A stretch of DNA of 64,000 bases from an uncultured bacterium. Lineage in GTDB: Bacteria; Babelota; Babeliae; Babelales; Babelaceae. Positions 20,410 to 28,354 of this stretch are shown one piece after another. A model generated the notes under the pieces. The model was not told the origin of the DNA, searched no databases, and saw nothing but the letters and a program-made list of their open reading frames with translations. The first letter of the stretch is position 1. Each line of letters begins with the position of its first letter. Position numbers and translations under genes: made by a program. The DNA lies in NCBI GenBank assembly GCA_963848965.1, contig CAWKFG010000004.1, forward strand, positions 768,001 through 832,000. The letters run 5' to 3'.

Positions 20410-22086
20410 TTATCCTTGGCTACCAAATTTAGGGTCCATCCAAGCTGTATTCCAATAGTGTGCTCCAATAGCTTGAGCTGGTATTTTACCATCTGGAGTT
20501 ACCACTTGTTTTTTTGGATATTCATCTGCCCGTGCAGGATAAATAGTTTGAGGAGGTAAAACTATATCTTGCGTATCCTTACCTGCTGCTAATGCAAATG
20601 CTATAGTAAACATAAAAGGACCTGTTTCAACAATAGTTTTAAACCCATTATTAGGTGCAGATTTTATGTAATCTGGAGCATTCTCGCTCAAGTTACGTTT
20701 GATCATTTCTAATGCCTTATTAACAACAGGATGATCAGGACAAGCTCCAATAAAGGCATTACATAAGTAGACCGACATAGGCTCTAGACCTACAATCATG
20801 TCATACGCCTTGCTATAGGGTAATAATGATTGGAATAGTTCATAATCGGTATCCAAATAATAGCCACCAAAAAGACGAAGCAACTCAAGACGAATAATAT
20901 CAGTAGCTTTACCGAATTTCTTCTCTTTAATTGCAGATTTATACAAGTCACCTGTTACAAATTTTGTTGTATCAAGGTCTTTCAATTCACGTAAGATAAT
21001 AGTTGGATGATTTTCAAGCAATTGTGCAAGCTTAGGTAACTTTTCTTTGCTTTCTATCCAGAAATAGTGAGTCCATCCCTCTGAAGGCATATTATGCTCA
21101 ATACTATTTTCAAGCCATTGAATATACTGAGGTGAAGGATCTTTTGGATTATCATCTGATGTTACCCAGATTTTATGAGTAACAAGAGGCGTTCTATATA
21201 CGGTAGAATCAAGCAAGTCTGGATCTTGCTTTAAAAGTGACGCAATGTTATTACGCGCATATAAAGTTTGTCTTTGTCGATCTATTTCAGCAAGACTGAG
21301 TCCCTCTTTGTGTCCCACAGAATCTGTGTAGTCATAGCTTCCATTAAATTCACGCCTAAATGCTTTTTCTTCATCTGAAATAGTAGGATCATTCAATTGT
21401 TCATCATTAAACTTCTTAGAAGTAAAATCAAAGTGATGATATTGATGAAGGAAATGACGATCTTGTACCATTTCAATATTTACTTGAAGATAGCTATCTT
21501 CAGTAAATTTAGGATTTAAAAAGAAGAGAGGATTATCGTCTACTGGCTTGATAGAACGAACAATAATACCATTCTGCTTTTCAAACACATACAACTCATA
21601 AGGCTTTATAGTAACTTCATCGCTCTTAAAGAAATCAGGTTTATCTTTAGCCTCATACTTTACTTTTAATGTAATTGATTCACTTGTTTTATTTTCAATA
21701 ACAAAACCATCTTCAATACGCAATTTCTTGATAAACGAATTAAAGTCTCTTCGAGCATCATAAAGAGCCTTTTGTGAGAGAATCATTTTCTTAAAGAGAT
21801 TTTTTTCAGATTCCTTCACATGCTTTAATTGAGGTTTTTTAGCTCGTATAAGCTCAAGAAAACTCTTAAGCTTTCCTTGCTTCTTTCTTTTAGATAGTTT
21901 CTTTTTAAAGTTTTTCTCGTGCTTTAACCGAAACCTTTCAGCTTTTGCACGCCTAAAAAAGCTCTTATGCTTTCCTTTCTTCTTTAGACCATGAGCCGGA
22001 GGTGTTTTATGTTTAATAGCTGCATGAGCTTCACACCCTCCAAATGTTAATAAAAGCAAATAGAATATTAAAAAAGATTTATTCAT
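20410..22086 (-). CDS. Secreted DxD glycosyltransferase (GT32/GT44-like) with Lys/Arg-rich N-terminus
   Basis: HKIWV, ATDIIRLELL..FGGYYLDTD, NAFIG, TGP, HYWNTAW. Confidence 0.85.
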   Translation of the reverse strand: MNKSFLIFYLLLLTFGGCEAHAAIKHKTPPAHGLKKKGKHKSFFRRAKAERFRLKHEKNFKKKLSKRKKQGKLKSFLELIRAKKPQLKHVKESEKNLFKKMILSQKALYDARRDFNSFIKKLRIEDGFVIENKTSESITLKVKYEAKDKPDFFKSDEVTIKPYELYVFEKQNGIIVRSIKPVDDNPLFFLNPKFTEDSYLQVNIEMVQDRHFLHQYHHFDFTSKKFNDEQLNDPTISDEEKAFRREFNGSYDYTDSVGHKEGLSLAEIDRQRQTLYARNNIASLLKQDPDLLDSTVYRTPLVTHKIWVTSDDNPKDPSPQYIQWLENSIEHNMPSEGWTHYFWIESKEKLPKLAQLLENHPTIILRELKDLDTTKFVTGDLYKSAIKEKKFGKATDIIRLELLRLFGGYYLDTDYELFQSLLPYSKAYDMIVGLEPMSVYLCNAFIGACPDHPVVNKALEMIKRNLSENAPDYIKSAPNNGFKTIVETGPFMFTIAFALAAGKDTQDIVLPPQTIYPARADEYPKKQVVTPDGKIPAQAIGAHYWNTAWMDPKFGSQG

Positions 22087-22447
22087 AATTATCCCTACTT
22101 TATATAATTGTATGTTTGTGAATGAAAATTGATCTGAAACGTTCTCTTTTCAGCCAAACATGCTCAAAATAAATATTTTTGAATTAATAGACATGTAATA
22201 ATATTTTATTAGTTTTTTGCTATTTGTCAAATTTAAATTCAAGAATACTGATTTAATGCCCTAAGAGGTCATAGAGCTAGGCCCATTTAAGGTCTAGAAG
22301 GACTTTTGGGAGGTCATGCTTTTAAGTTCCCCTCAAAGTAAACATCGTTTGCAAAAAAGAGTCTAAAAACTATACTTAACTGCATAAGCTTGGGTTTTTG
22401 CCCATTTTACTTGTAACAAGATTTTCACCTTAAACCAAAAGAATAAT

Positions 22448-22999
22448 ATGATTATAGCTATTGGATCAACAAATCCTGTTAAACTACAAGCAGTAGAAGA
22501 AGTTGTTAAAGATTATACGCAGCTTGCTCAAGCCCAGATACAGTCTTTTAACGTACCTTCACAAGTTTCAGATCAACCACTTTCACTTGAAGAAACCATT
22601 CAAGGGGCTAAAAATCGTGCCAAAAATGCTTTCATTGAATGTGGCACATGTACCTATAGCTTTGGCATCGAAAGTGGGCTTATGAAAGCACCGGGGGCCC
22701 AAACAAGTTATATAGAAACAAGTATTTGCTCCATTTTTGATGGAAGCCTTTATGCTATAGGACTATCCTGCGGCTTTGAAGTACCGCCCAAGGTTCTTGA
22801 TCTTGTGCTTAATAAGCATATGAACCTCAGTGACGCTTGCTATCATGCAGGAATTACCACTAATACCAAAATTGGATCTGCTGAAGGGCTTATTGGCATT
22901 CTTACAGAGGGAAGAATTAATCGCAAAGAGTATACTAAGCCGTCAATTATTACTGCTTTAGCTCAGATTCAGCACGCTCAATGGTACAAAAAAGCATAA
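22448..22999 (+). CDS. yjjX: Inosine/xanthosine triphosphatase
   Basis: GSTNPVK, VSDQP, GAKNRA, GIESG, GLIGILT. Confidence 0.9.
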   Translation: MIIAIGSTNPVKLQAVEEVVKDYTQLAQAQIQSFNVPSQVSDQPLSLEETIQGAKNRAKNAFIECGTCTYSFGIESGLMKAPGAQTSYIETSICSIFDGSLYAIGLSCGFEVPPKVLDLVLNKHMNLSDACYHAGITTNTKIGSAEGLIGILTEGRINRKEYTKPSIITALAQIQHAQWYKKA

Positions 23000-23004
23000 A
23001 ACCC

Positions 23005-23034
23005 TTGCATTAAATGCTTTATTTCTGCTATACT
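23005..23034 (+). promoter_or_regulatory. Sigma70-like promoter for the ABC transporter leader
   Basis: TTGCAT-N18-TATACT with TG extended -10. Confidence 0.55.
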
Positions 23035-23065
23035 AAAAATATACTGTTTAAAATTTCAAAAATTT

Positions 23066-23125
23066 ATGCGTGTTATGATAATTATTAACGAACAAATCAC
23101 AGTCTTTATTCCCACGAGTGTTTAA
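23066..23125 (+). other. Putative 19-aa leader peptide MRVMIIINEQITVFIPTSV followed by a stem-loop
   Basis: Hand translation; cccagaccat...atggtactggg hairpin follows the stop. Confidence 0.35.
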
Positions 23126-23275
23126 CTCCCAGACCATTTTTACATGGTACTGGGAAGCAGATCTCTTACTCTTCAATTTTTATTCTAGGTAGAATTCTGT
23201 CTTCCTTTATATTCCCTTTTATTGCTTTTATATACGTCTCTTTAGACGGTCTATGTTTATTTAAAGGAAACAGCT

Positions 23276-24019
23276 ATGAAACAGATACTACTTGCAATTC
23301 AGAATATTTCTAAAGCATATAATCATACTCTTGCAGTCAAAGATGTATCGCTTACTATTTACGAAGGTGAGATACTTGGTCTACTAGGCTCTAATGGAGC
23401 AGGAAAGACAACGCTTTCTTCACTTATTGCAACATTACATCCACCTACAAGCGGCACTATTTTGTATAAGGGCACTTCTATTTATAAAAATGTTCCTGCG
23501 TATCGAATGAATATTGGTTTCTGTCCACAAAAACCAAACTTTGATTCTACAATGACAGTAAAAGAAAATCTTCTTTTTGCAGGAAGATACTTTGGCCTCT
23601 CTTACGAGCAAACAGAGCAAAGAGTAGCATTTCTTATACAAGAGTTTGGTCTTAGTGCACATGCAGATAAGCAACCGGATGTGCTTTCAGGAGGATATAA
23701 ACAGCGGCTTCTTATTGCTAGAGCGCTGGTTCATAATCCTACTATTCTCATTCTTGATGAGCCTACTGTTGCTTTAGATCCACATGTACGCAGACAAGTA
23801 TGGAATTCTATTAAGCATCTTAAAATGCTTGGTATCACTGTTATTTTAACTACTCATTATTTAGATGAAGCAGAGTACCTTGCAGATAGGGTATGTATTA
23901 TGGATAAAGGGGTAATTAAAGTGATTGATACTCCTGAAAACTTGCTTTCTACTTATGGTAAAAAAACGTTAGAAGAAGTATTTATTGATTATATGGAAAA
24001 ACAAGAGGAACTCTCATGA
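23276..24019 (+). CDS. ABC exporter ATP-binding subunit (DrrA/NodI-like)
   Basis: GSNGAGKTT, LSGG, LILDEPT, TTHY. Confidence 0.95.
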   Translation: MKQILLAIQNISKAYNHTLAVKDVSLTIYEGEILGLLGSNGAGKTTLSSLIATLHPPTSGTILYKGTSIYKNVPAYRMNIGFCPQKPNFDSTMTVKENLLFAGRYFGLSYEQTEQRVAFLIQEFGLSAHADKQPDVLSGGYKQRLLIARALVHNPTILILDEPTVALDPHVRRQVWNSIKHLKMLGITVILTTHYLDEAEYLADRVCIMDKGVIKVIDTPENLLSTYGKKTLEEVFIDYMEKQEELS

Positions 24020-24801
24020 ATACAGTACAACCATTGAAAACCTTTAGATTTTTATTATGGCGCGATTTACGCCTATTAAGATCTGGTTTTATACACTATC
24101 TCATTGACACGCTTATATGGACAGGCTCTAATGTCATCATCAGTGGTTATTTATTACCTTTGCTTGGCATGGGCCGTTCATATGGTAATTTTATGCTTGT
24201 AGGATCAACTATTAGCATGTGCTTTTTTTATGCAATAAATAAAAGCCATGATCTTGTAGCTGATTTTGAAGGAAGTAAGAATATTACCTATGATCTTGTA
24301 CTTCCTATTGCTTCATGGGCAGTGTTCTTTAAAATAGCCCTGAGCTTTGCACTACAAGCAGCTCTTGTTAATATCTTAGCAATTCCTTTAGGCAAAATAC
24401 TTCTAGGAGAATCTCTGCATATGAGCTTATTTGCATGCAGTAAAGTGATAATGGTATTCAGCCTCATTGCCATTTTCCTTGGCTTCTTTGGTCTCTGGGT
24501 TGCAAGTTGGGTAAAGCATCCATCATTGTATCCTCATGTATGGATGCGCTTTATATTGCCTTTATGGGCTTTTGGCGGCTATCAGTTCTCTTGGTATACA
24601 CTCAAAGGTGCTTATCCTTTGATAGCGTATGCTAGCTTACTAAATCCAATGGTTTACACATTTGAAAGCCTCCGAGCAGTACTATTAGGACAAGAGGAAT
24701 ATATTCCATTAGCAGTATGTATTTTTATGCTTACTATGTTTACTCTCCTGCTTTGGGTTCATACATTGTATCTTTTAAAGAAACGGCTTGACTATATCTA
24801 A
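24016..24801 (+). CDS. ABC-2 type permease
   Basis: About six TM helices, LLNPMVY..ESLR; ATGA coupling to the ATPase. Confidence 0.88.
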   Translation: MNTVQPLKTFRFLLWRDLRLLRSGFIHYLIDTLIWTGSNVIISGYLLPLLGMGRSYGNFMLVGSTISMCFFYAINKSHDLVADFEGSKNITYDLVLPIASWAVFFKIALSFALQAALVNILAIPLGKILLGESLHMSLFACSKVIMVFSLIAIFLGFFGLWVASWVKHPSLYPHVWMRFILPLWAFGGYQFSWYTLKGAYPLIAYASLLNPMVYTFESLRAVLLGQEEYIPLAVCIFMLTMFTLLLWVHTLYLLKKRLDYI

Positions 24802-24803
24802 CT

Positions 24804-24833
24804 ACAGGGTAGGATCTTCCTACCCTGTTTTTT
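24804..24833 (+). terminator. Rho-independent terminator
   Basis: acagggtagga-tct-tcctaccctgt followed by a T run. Confidence 0.85.
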
Positions 24834-24926
24834 GTATCTTTTAAACATGTATTACCTTGTCTTTTTTCACTCTTAAAGTATTATTGAAAAGATAGCGGTA
24901 TGATATAAGAAACCTTAGGTCTTTCT

Positions 24927-25682
24927 ATGTTTTTTTCTTTAAAACAAGGTATATACGCAGCTCAAAGTGATCTTAATGTTATACTTCTTGATGCAAACAG
25001 AGATAAGTACTTTAGTATAAGTTCTGAAGTAGGAACCATTTTATTAAGAATTCTTAATACTGAATTTGATTATAGCAATGGAATGTATCGTGCCCTTTCT
25101 GTTCCTGAGGAAGAAAACAGTTTTGATTACTGGATACAGTATTTTATTGAATCAGAGTTTATTGAGCCTCGAGAAACAAAAAGAGATACCATACACTTTA
25201 CTCGTTCTTTAGTATCTGGAGGTCTTACAGGATATCAATGGGATAGAAAGGATCGATTAGTATCTGTTTTTAAAATTTCTCCTGTACTTATTGTACAACT
25301 TCTTTGGATACTTATGAAAGTAAACTTTGCTTTAAAAAGAAAGGGTATACAAGGTGTTCTCAATATGCTAAGAAAGCTTAGCATAAAGCATAAATCTCAA
25401 GAAGTTCATCCTTCACAGATAGAATACTTATCAAACGCTCTTGATGCAGCATGCGCTTTATATCCAAAAAAAATATATTGTCTAGGCTGGGCTACAACGT
25501 TTACTTTAGTGGCACTTAAAAAAGGTTGGAGATGTAACTTGGTAATTGGAGTACAATCACCACCTTTTTATGCTCATGCATGGGCTGAAATAAACAACCA
25601 CGTAGTTAATGATGATAAAATTATCCAAGAACGGCTTGTTGTACTTCTTAAAGAGCCTTTTACAGATAATGTACCTTACTAG
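24927..25682 (+). CDS. Lasso peptide B protein (fused RRE B1 + transglutaminase-like leader peptidase B2)
   Basis: N-terminal VILLD..RDKYF (RRE-like); C-terminal CLGWA, IGVQSPPFYAHAWAE, VND; next to cyclase and precursors. Confidence 0.92.
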   Translation: MFFSLKQGIYAAQSDLNVILLDANRDKYFSISSEVGTILLRILNTEFDYSNGMYRALSVPEEENSFDYWIQYFIESEFIEPRETKRDTIHFTRSLVSGGLTGYQWDRKDRLVSVFKISPVLIVQLLWILMKVNFALKRKGIQGVLNMLRKLSIKHKSQEVHPSQIEYLSNALDAACALYPKKIYCLGWATTFTLVALKKGWRCNLVIGVQSPPFYAHAWAEINNHVVNDDKIIQERLVVLLKEPFTDNVPY

Positions 25683-25705
25683 TATCTCTAGCGAAAGAAA
25701 AAGCT

Positions 25706-27493
25706 ATGCCTCTTATTGCAGGAGCATTTTTAAATCATCATAGTAACAGCTCTTCTCTTGTTCATACATTACTTACTTGTGCAGAATCTAAAATTACTCT
25801 TGATAAGCTTGTATTCACTTATACAAACCAAAGAATAGTTTTAGTAGCAGGTAAAAAAATGCATGAATCATCTGCTGAAAAAGTAATAAATATAGGCCAG
25901 GGATCTGGTATACTGCTTGGACGACTTTTTCAAAAAGGTACTAGTACATTAGTACAACACTTAGAAGAAGAGGAACTAGAGAAGATAAGAGAATCGCAAG
26001 GTAGATGGTTAAGTGAGCGGTACTGGGGCAGGTATCTTGTTATACTGCTAGATGAAGAGAGTATAACAATTTATAGAGACCCACTAGGAGGTATACCGCT
26101 CTTTATTACACAGACAGCTCAAGGAGTAGTGTTCTCTACAGAGCTCTCAATGCTCTATGATGCATTAGAAGAAAAGCCAGTACTTGATTGGACTTACTTT
26201 ACTTCCTATGTAGCAGCGTCATTTACGCTTACTACTGCAACGCCATTTAAAGGAATAGAAGAGGTATTTCCAGGCTCTTATGTAAGCATATCAGCAGAAG
26301 GGTATAAAACAGGTCTTTTTTGGGATCCAACACAGATAGATGTAAAAGAGGAGAAAGAGCTAGAGGAGCAAATACTTGAGACATTTTCAAGCTGTATAAA
26401 GGCATGGACACAAGAAACGGAAGGCATAGCACTAGAGCTATCAGGAGGTCTTGATTCTTCTGCTCTTCTTATACTATTAAAACAGGTAGCTCCTCGTATG
26501 AATATCACTTGTTTTAACTATTTTCATCCTCGTGTAGCTTCTTCTGATGAAAGAAACTATGCAGCGCATGTTGCTCAAGAGTGCAATGTAGAGCTTTATT
26601 GTATAGATCAAAGCCAAGTTTTACCTTTAAGCAGCAATTCAATTCATAAAACAAATAAACCAAGTTCATTTTTACTGCAGGAAGCTCTTAATAGAGAAAT
26701 TACTTCTTTGGTATCTAAAAAAGGTACTTATGAATTTATGAGCGGACAAGGGGGTGATCATCTTTTTCTTGCTCCTCCACTCGTTGAATCTCTGGCAGAT
26801 TATTTTCTTGATAACGGTATAAGAGGAATAAGCTCTAAACTTCATGAGATGTGTGCCTATTATCGAACACCATTCTTAAGCACAGTTGGCCAATCATTAA
26901 ACGCTTTAATTTCTTATTACAGAAGTAAAATAGATCGTATAATTGCAAACTCAGAGATAGAAGACTGGATGACTCCCTCTTTTTTAAGGAGTATAGATCA
27001 AACTATTTATCAACCGCCCTTTTGGAGACAATTAAAGCAAGTGTACCCAGCTAAAGCACAGCATATATACGATATGTACAGCGCACTCCTTTATACAGAT
27101 CAAGGGCATAGAATGGAAAGCAGACCTGTAATTAATCCGTTTTTATCGCAGCCATTTGTAGAACTTGCACTTTCTATTCCTACCTATCAGCTGTATAAAC
27201 AAGAGCATGACCGGTTTCCTTTTAGAAATGCAATAAGTAGAATAAGCACAGCACCAAGTATATGGCGTAAAGATAAAGGAGAAACTACAGGCATTAGCGT
27301 CTTTGCTCTCAATACAAACTATAAGTATATTTGTAAATTGTTGCTCGACGGTAAATTTGTGCAGCATAATCTTATTGATAAAGATAAACTCTATGACCAT
27401 ATCAACCATTGTAAAAATGGTAAATCGTTTAACTTATGGCCTCTTATGAATCTTATATCTGTCGAGCTCTGGTTTGATTCATGGAACCTATAA
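25706..27493 (+). CDS. Lasso cyclase C1 (asparagine synthetase-like)
   Basis: LELSGGLDSS, SGQGGDHLF, NPFL..PFVELALSIP, RFPFR, WRKDKG; lacks the N-terminal Cys of AsnB. Confidence 0.92.
   Translation: MPLIAGAFLNHHSNSSSLVHTLLTCAESKITLDKLVFTYTNQRIVLVAGKKMHESSAEKVINIGQGSGILLGRLFQKGTSTLVQHLEEEELEKIRESQGRWLSERYWGRYLVILLDEESITIYRDPLGGIPLFITQTAQGVVFSTELSMLYDALEEKPVLDWTYFTSYVAASFTLTTATPFKGIEEVFPGSYVSISAEGYKTGLFWDPTQIDVKEEKELEEQILETFSSCIKAWTQETEGIALELSGGLDSSALLILLKQVAPRMNITCFNYFHPRVASSDERNYAAHVAQECNVELYCIDQSQVLPLSSNSIHKTNKPSSFLLQEALNREITSLVSKKGTYEFMSGQGGDHLFLAPPLVESLADYFLDNGIRGISSKLHEMCAYYRTPFLSTVGQSLNALISYYRSKIDRIIANSEIEDWMTPSFLRSIDQTIYQPPFWRQLKQVYPAKAQHIYDMYSALLYTDQGHRMESRPVINPFLSQPFVELALSIPTYQLYKQEHDRFPFRNAISRISTAPSIWRKDKGETTGISVFALNTNYKYICKLLLDGKFVQHNLIDKDKLYDHINHCKNGKSFNLWPLMNLISVELWFDSWNL
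25976..26494 (+). repeat. About 0.5-kb block in C1 repeated near-identically, inverted, in C2 (29345-29860)
   Basis: Direct nucleotide comparison; few substitutions and one codon indel. Confidence 0.9.
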
Positions 27494-27494
27494 A

Positions 27495-27650
27495 CTACAT
27501 GCCCTTTGGTTTAAAATAACCATAATTTTCTGCACATGGTGTTGCTTTACCTAAGGTATATTCTGAAACTTTTGCAAGCTCTGTGATAAGGGCAGCTTTC
27601 TGATCTTCCATAATCTTTACAATTGGCTTTTGCTTTGTATTTTCTTCCAT
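27495..27650 (-). CDS. Lasso precursor A4 (51 aa; core GKATPCAENYGYFKPKGM)
   Basis: Hand translation MEENTKQKPIVKIMEDQKAALITELAKVSEYTL|GKATPCAENYGYFKPKGM; AGGAGG RBS; Thr-2, Gly1, Glu8. Confidence 0.85.
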   Translation of the reverse strand: MEENTKQKPIVKIMEDQKAALITELAKVSEYTLGKATPCAENYGYFKPKGM

Positions 27651-27680
27651 AGTTTTTCCTCCTCTTATAGAATTACTTGT

Positions 27681-27711
27681 AGCAGAAGTAGATTTTATAT
27701 CTACTTCTGCT
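27681..27711. terminator. 13-bp perfect hairpin between precursors A3 and A4
   Basis: agcagaagtagat-tttat-atctacttctgct. Confidence 0.6.
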
Positions 27712-27716
27712 TACAT

Positions 27717-27863
27717 TTACCGTATTTGTCTTCCTATATTTTCTGCAAGTCTACCACTTTTTCCTAAGGTAGTTTTTGAAACAGTGCCTATCTCTGTAAT
27801 AAGAGTAACTTTAGAAGATACCTTTTGCTTTTTACGAAAGCACCAATTACTAAGTATTTTCAT
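27717..27863 (-). CDS. Lasso precursor A3 (48 aa; core GKSGRLAENIGRQIR)
   Basis: MKILSNWCFRKKQKVSSKVTLITEIGTVSKTTL|GKSGRLAENIGRQIR; AGAGGAG RBS before ATG 27863; Gly-8, Thr-2, Gly1, Glu8. Confidence 0.88.
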   Translation of the reverse strand: MKILSNWCFRKKQKVSSKVTLITEIGTVSKTTLGKSGRLAENIGRQIR

Positions 27864-27961
27864 AAGACCTTCTCCTCTATTTATAAAGTGAAACAATGTA
27901 TAGCACATGCAAAAACCATATATACTAATCTTGTACATCAAACTTTTGTAGCTTTTGCTTA

Positions 27962-28132
27962 CTAATTATCTTTTAATGGAGGCCAATAAGTGCGTTTAAA
28001 AGTTTTTTGAAGGCTCTCTAAGTATTTTCCGCCTCTGCCCAGAGTAATTTTTGAAACAGCTCCTAACATTTCAATAGGAGACACCTTATAGGAGGCATCT
28101 TTTTTATTAATGAATATAATAGATCTTTTCAT
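27962..28132 (-). CDS. Lasso precursor A2 (56 aa; core GRGGKYLESLQKTFKRTYWPPLKDN)
   Basis: Hand translation MKRSIIFINKKDASYKVSPIEMLGAVSKITL|core; AAGGAG RBS; Tyr-17, Gly-8, Thr-2, Gly1, Glu8. Confidence 0.9.
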   Translation of the reverse strand: MKRSIIFINKKDASYKVSPIEMLGAVSKITLGRGGKYLESLQKTFKRTYWPPLKDN

Positions 28133-28160
28133 AGGTGTTTCTCCTTACTCTAAACAATAT

Positions 28161-28337
28161 TTATACAGGGTTCCAAGGATGTTTCTTAAAGGTCCTTCGA
28201 AGACTTTCTAAATATTTTCCTCCTCTACCTAAAGTAAGCCTTGAAACGTTTCCTAACATTTCAACAGCAGATACTTTGTAAGAAGCACTTTTCTGTTGAA
28301 CGCAACCTGTTGTGTGTAAATGTTTTTTCTTTTGCAT
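28161..28337 (-). CDS. Lasso precursor A1 (58 aa; core GRGGKYLESLRRTFKKHPWNPV)
   Basis: Hand translation MQKKKHLHTTGCVQQKSASYKVSAVEMLGNVSRLTL|core; AAGGAGGT RBS; starts 17 nt after cyclase C2. Confidence 0.9.
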   Translation of the reverse strand: MQKKKHLHTTGCVQQKSASYKVSAVEMLGNVSRLTLGRGGKYLESLRRTFKKHPWNPV

Positions 28338-28354
28338 GACACCTCCTTACGTTA

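Noticed and set aside
27864..27941. Track's 74-aa version of precursor A3
   Set aside because: The RBS and paralog lengths favour ATG 27863.
28010..28229. GRGGK core start resembles the histone H4/H2A tail (SGRGKGGK)
   Set aside because: Only a short low-complexity match, and it would be locked in the ring.
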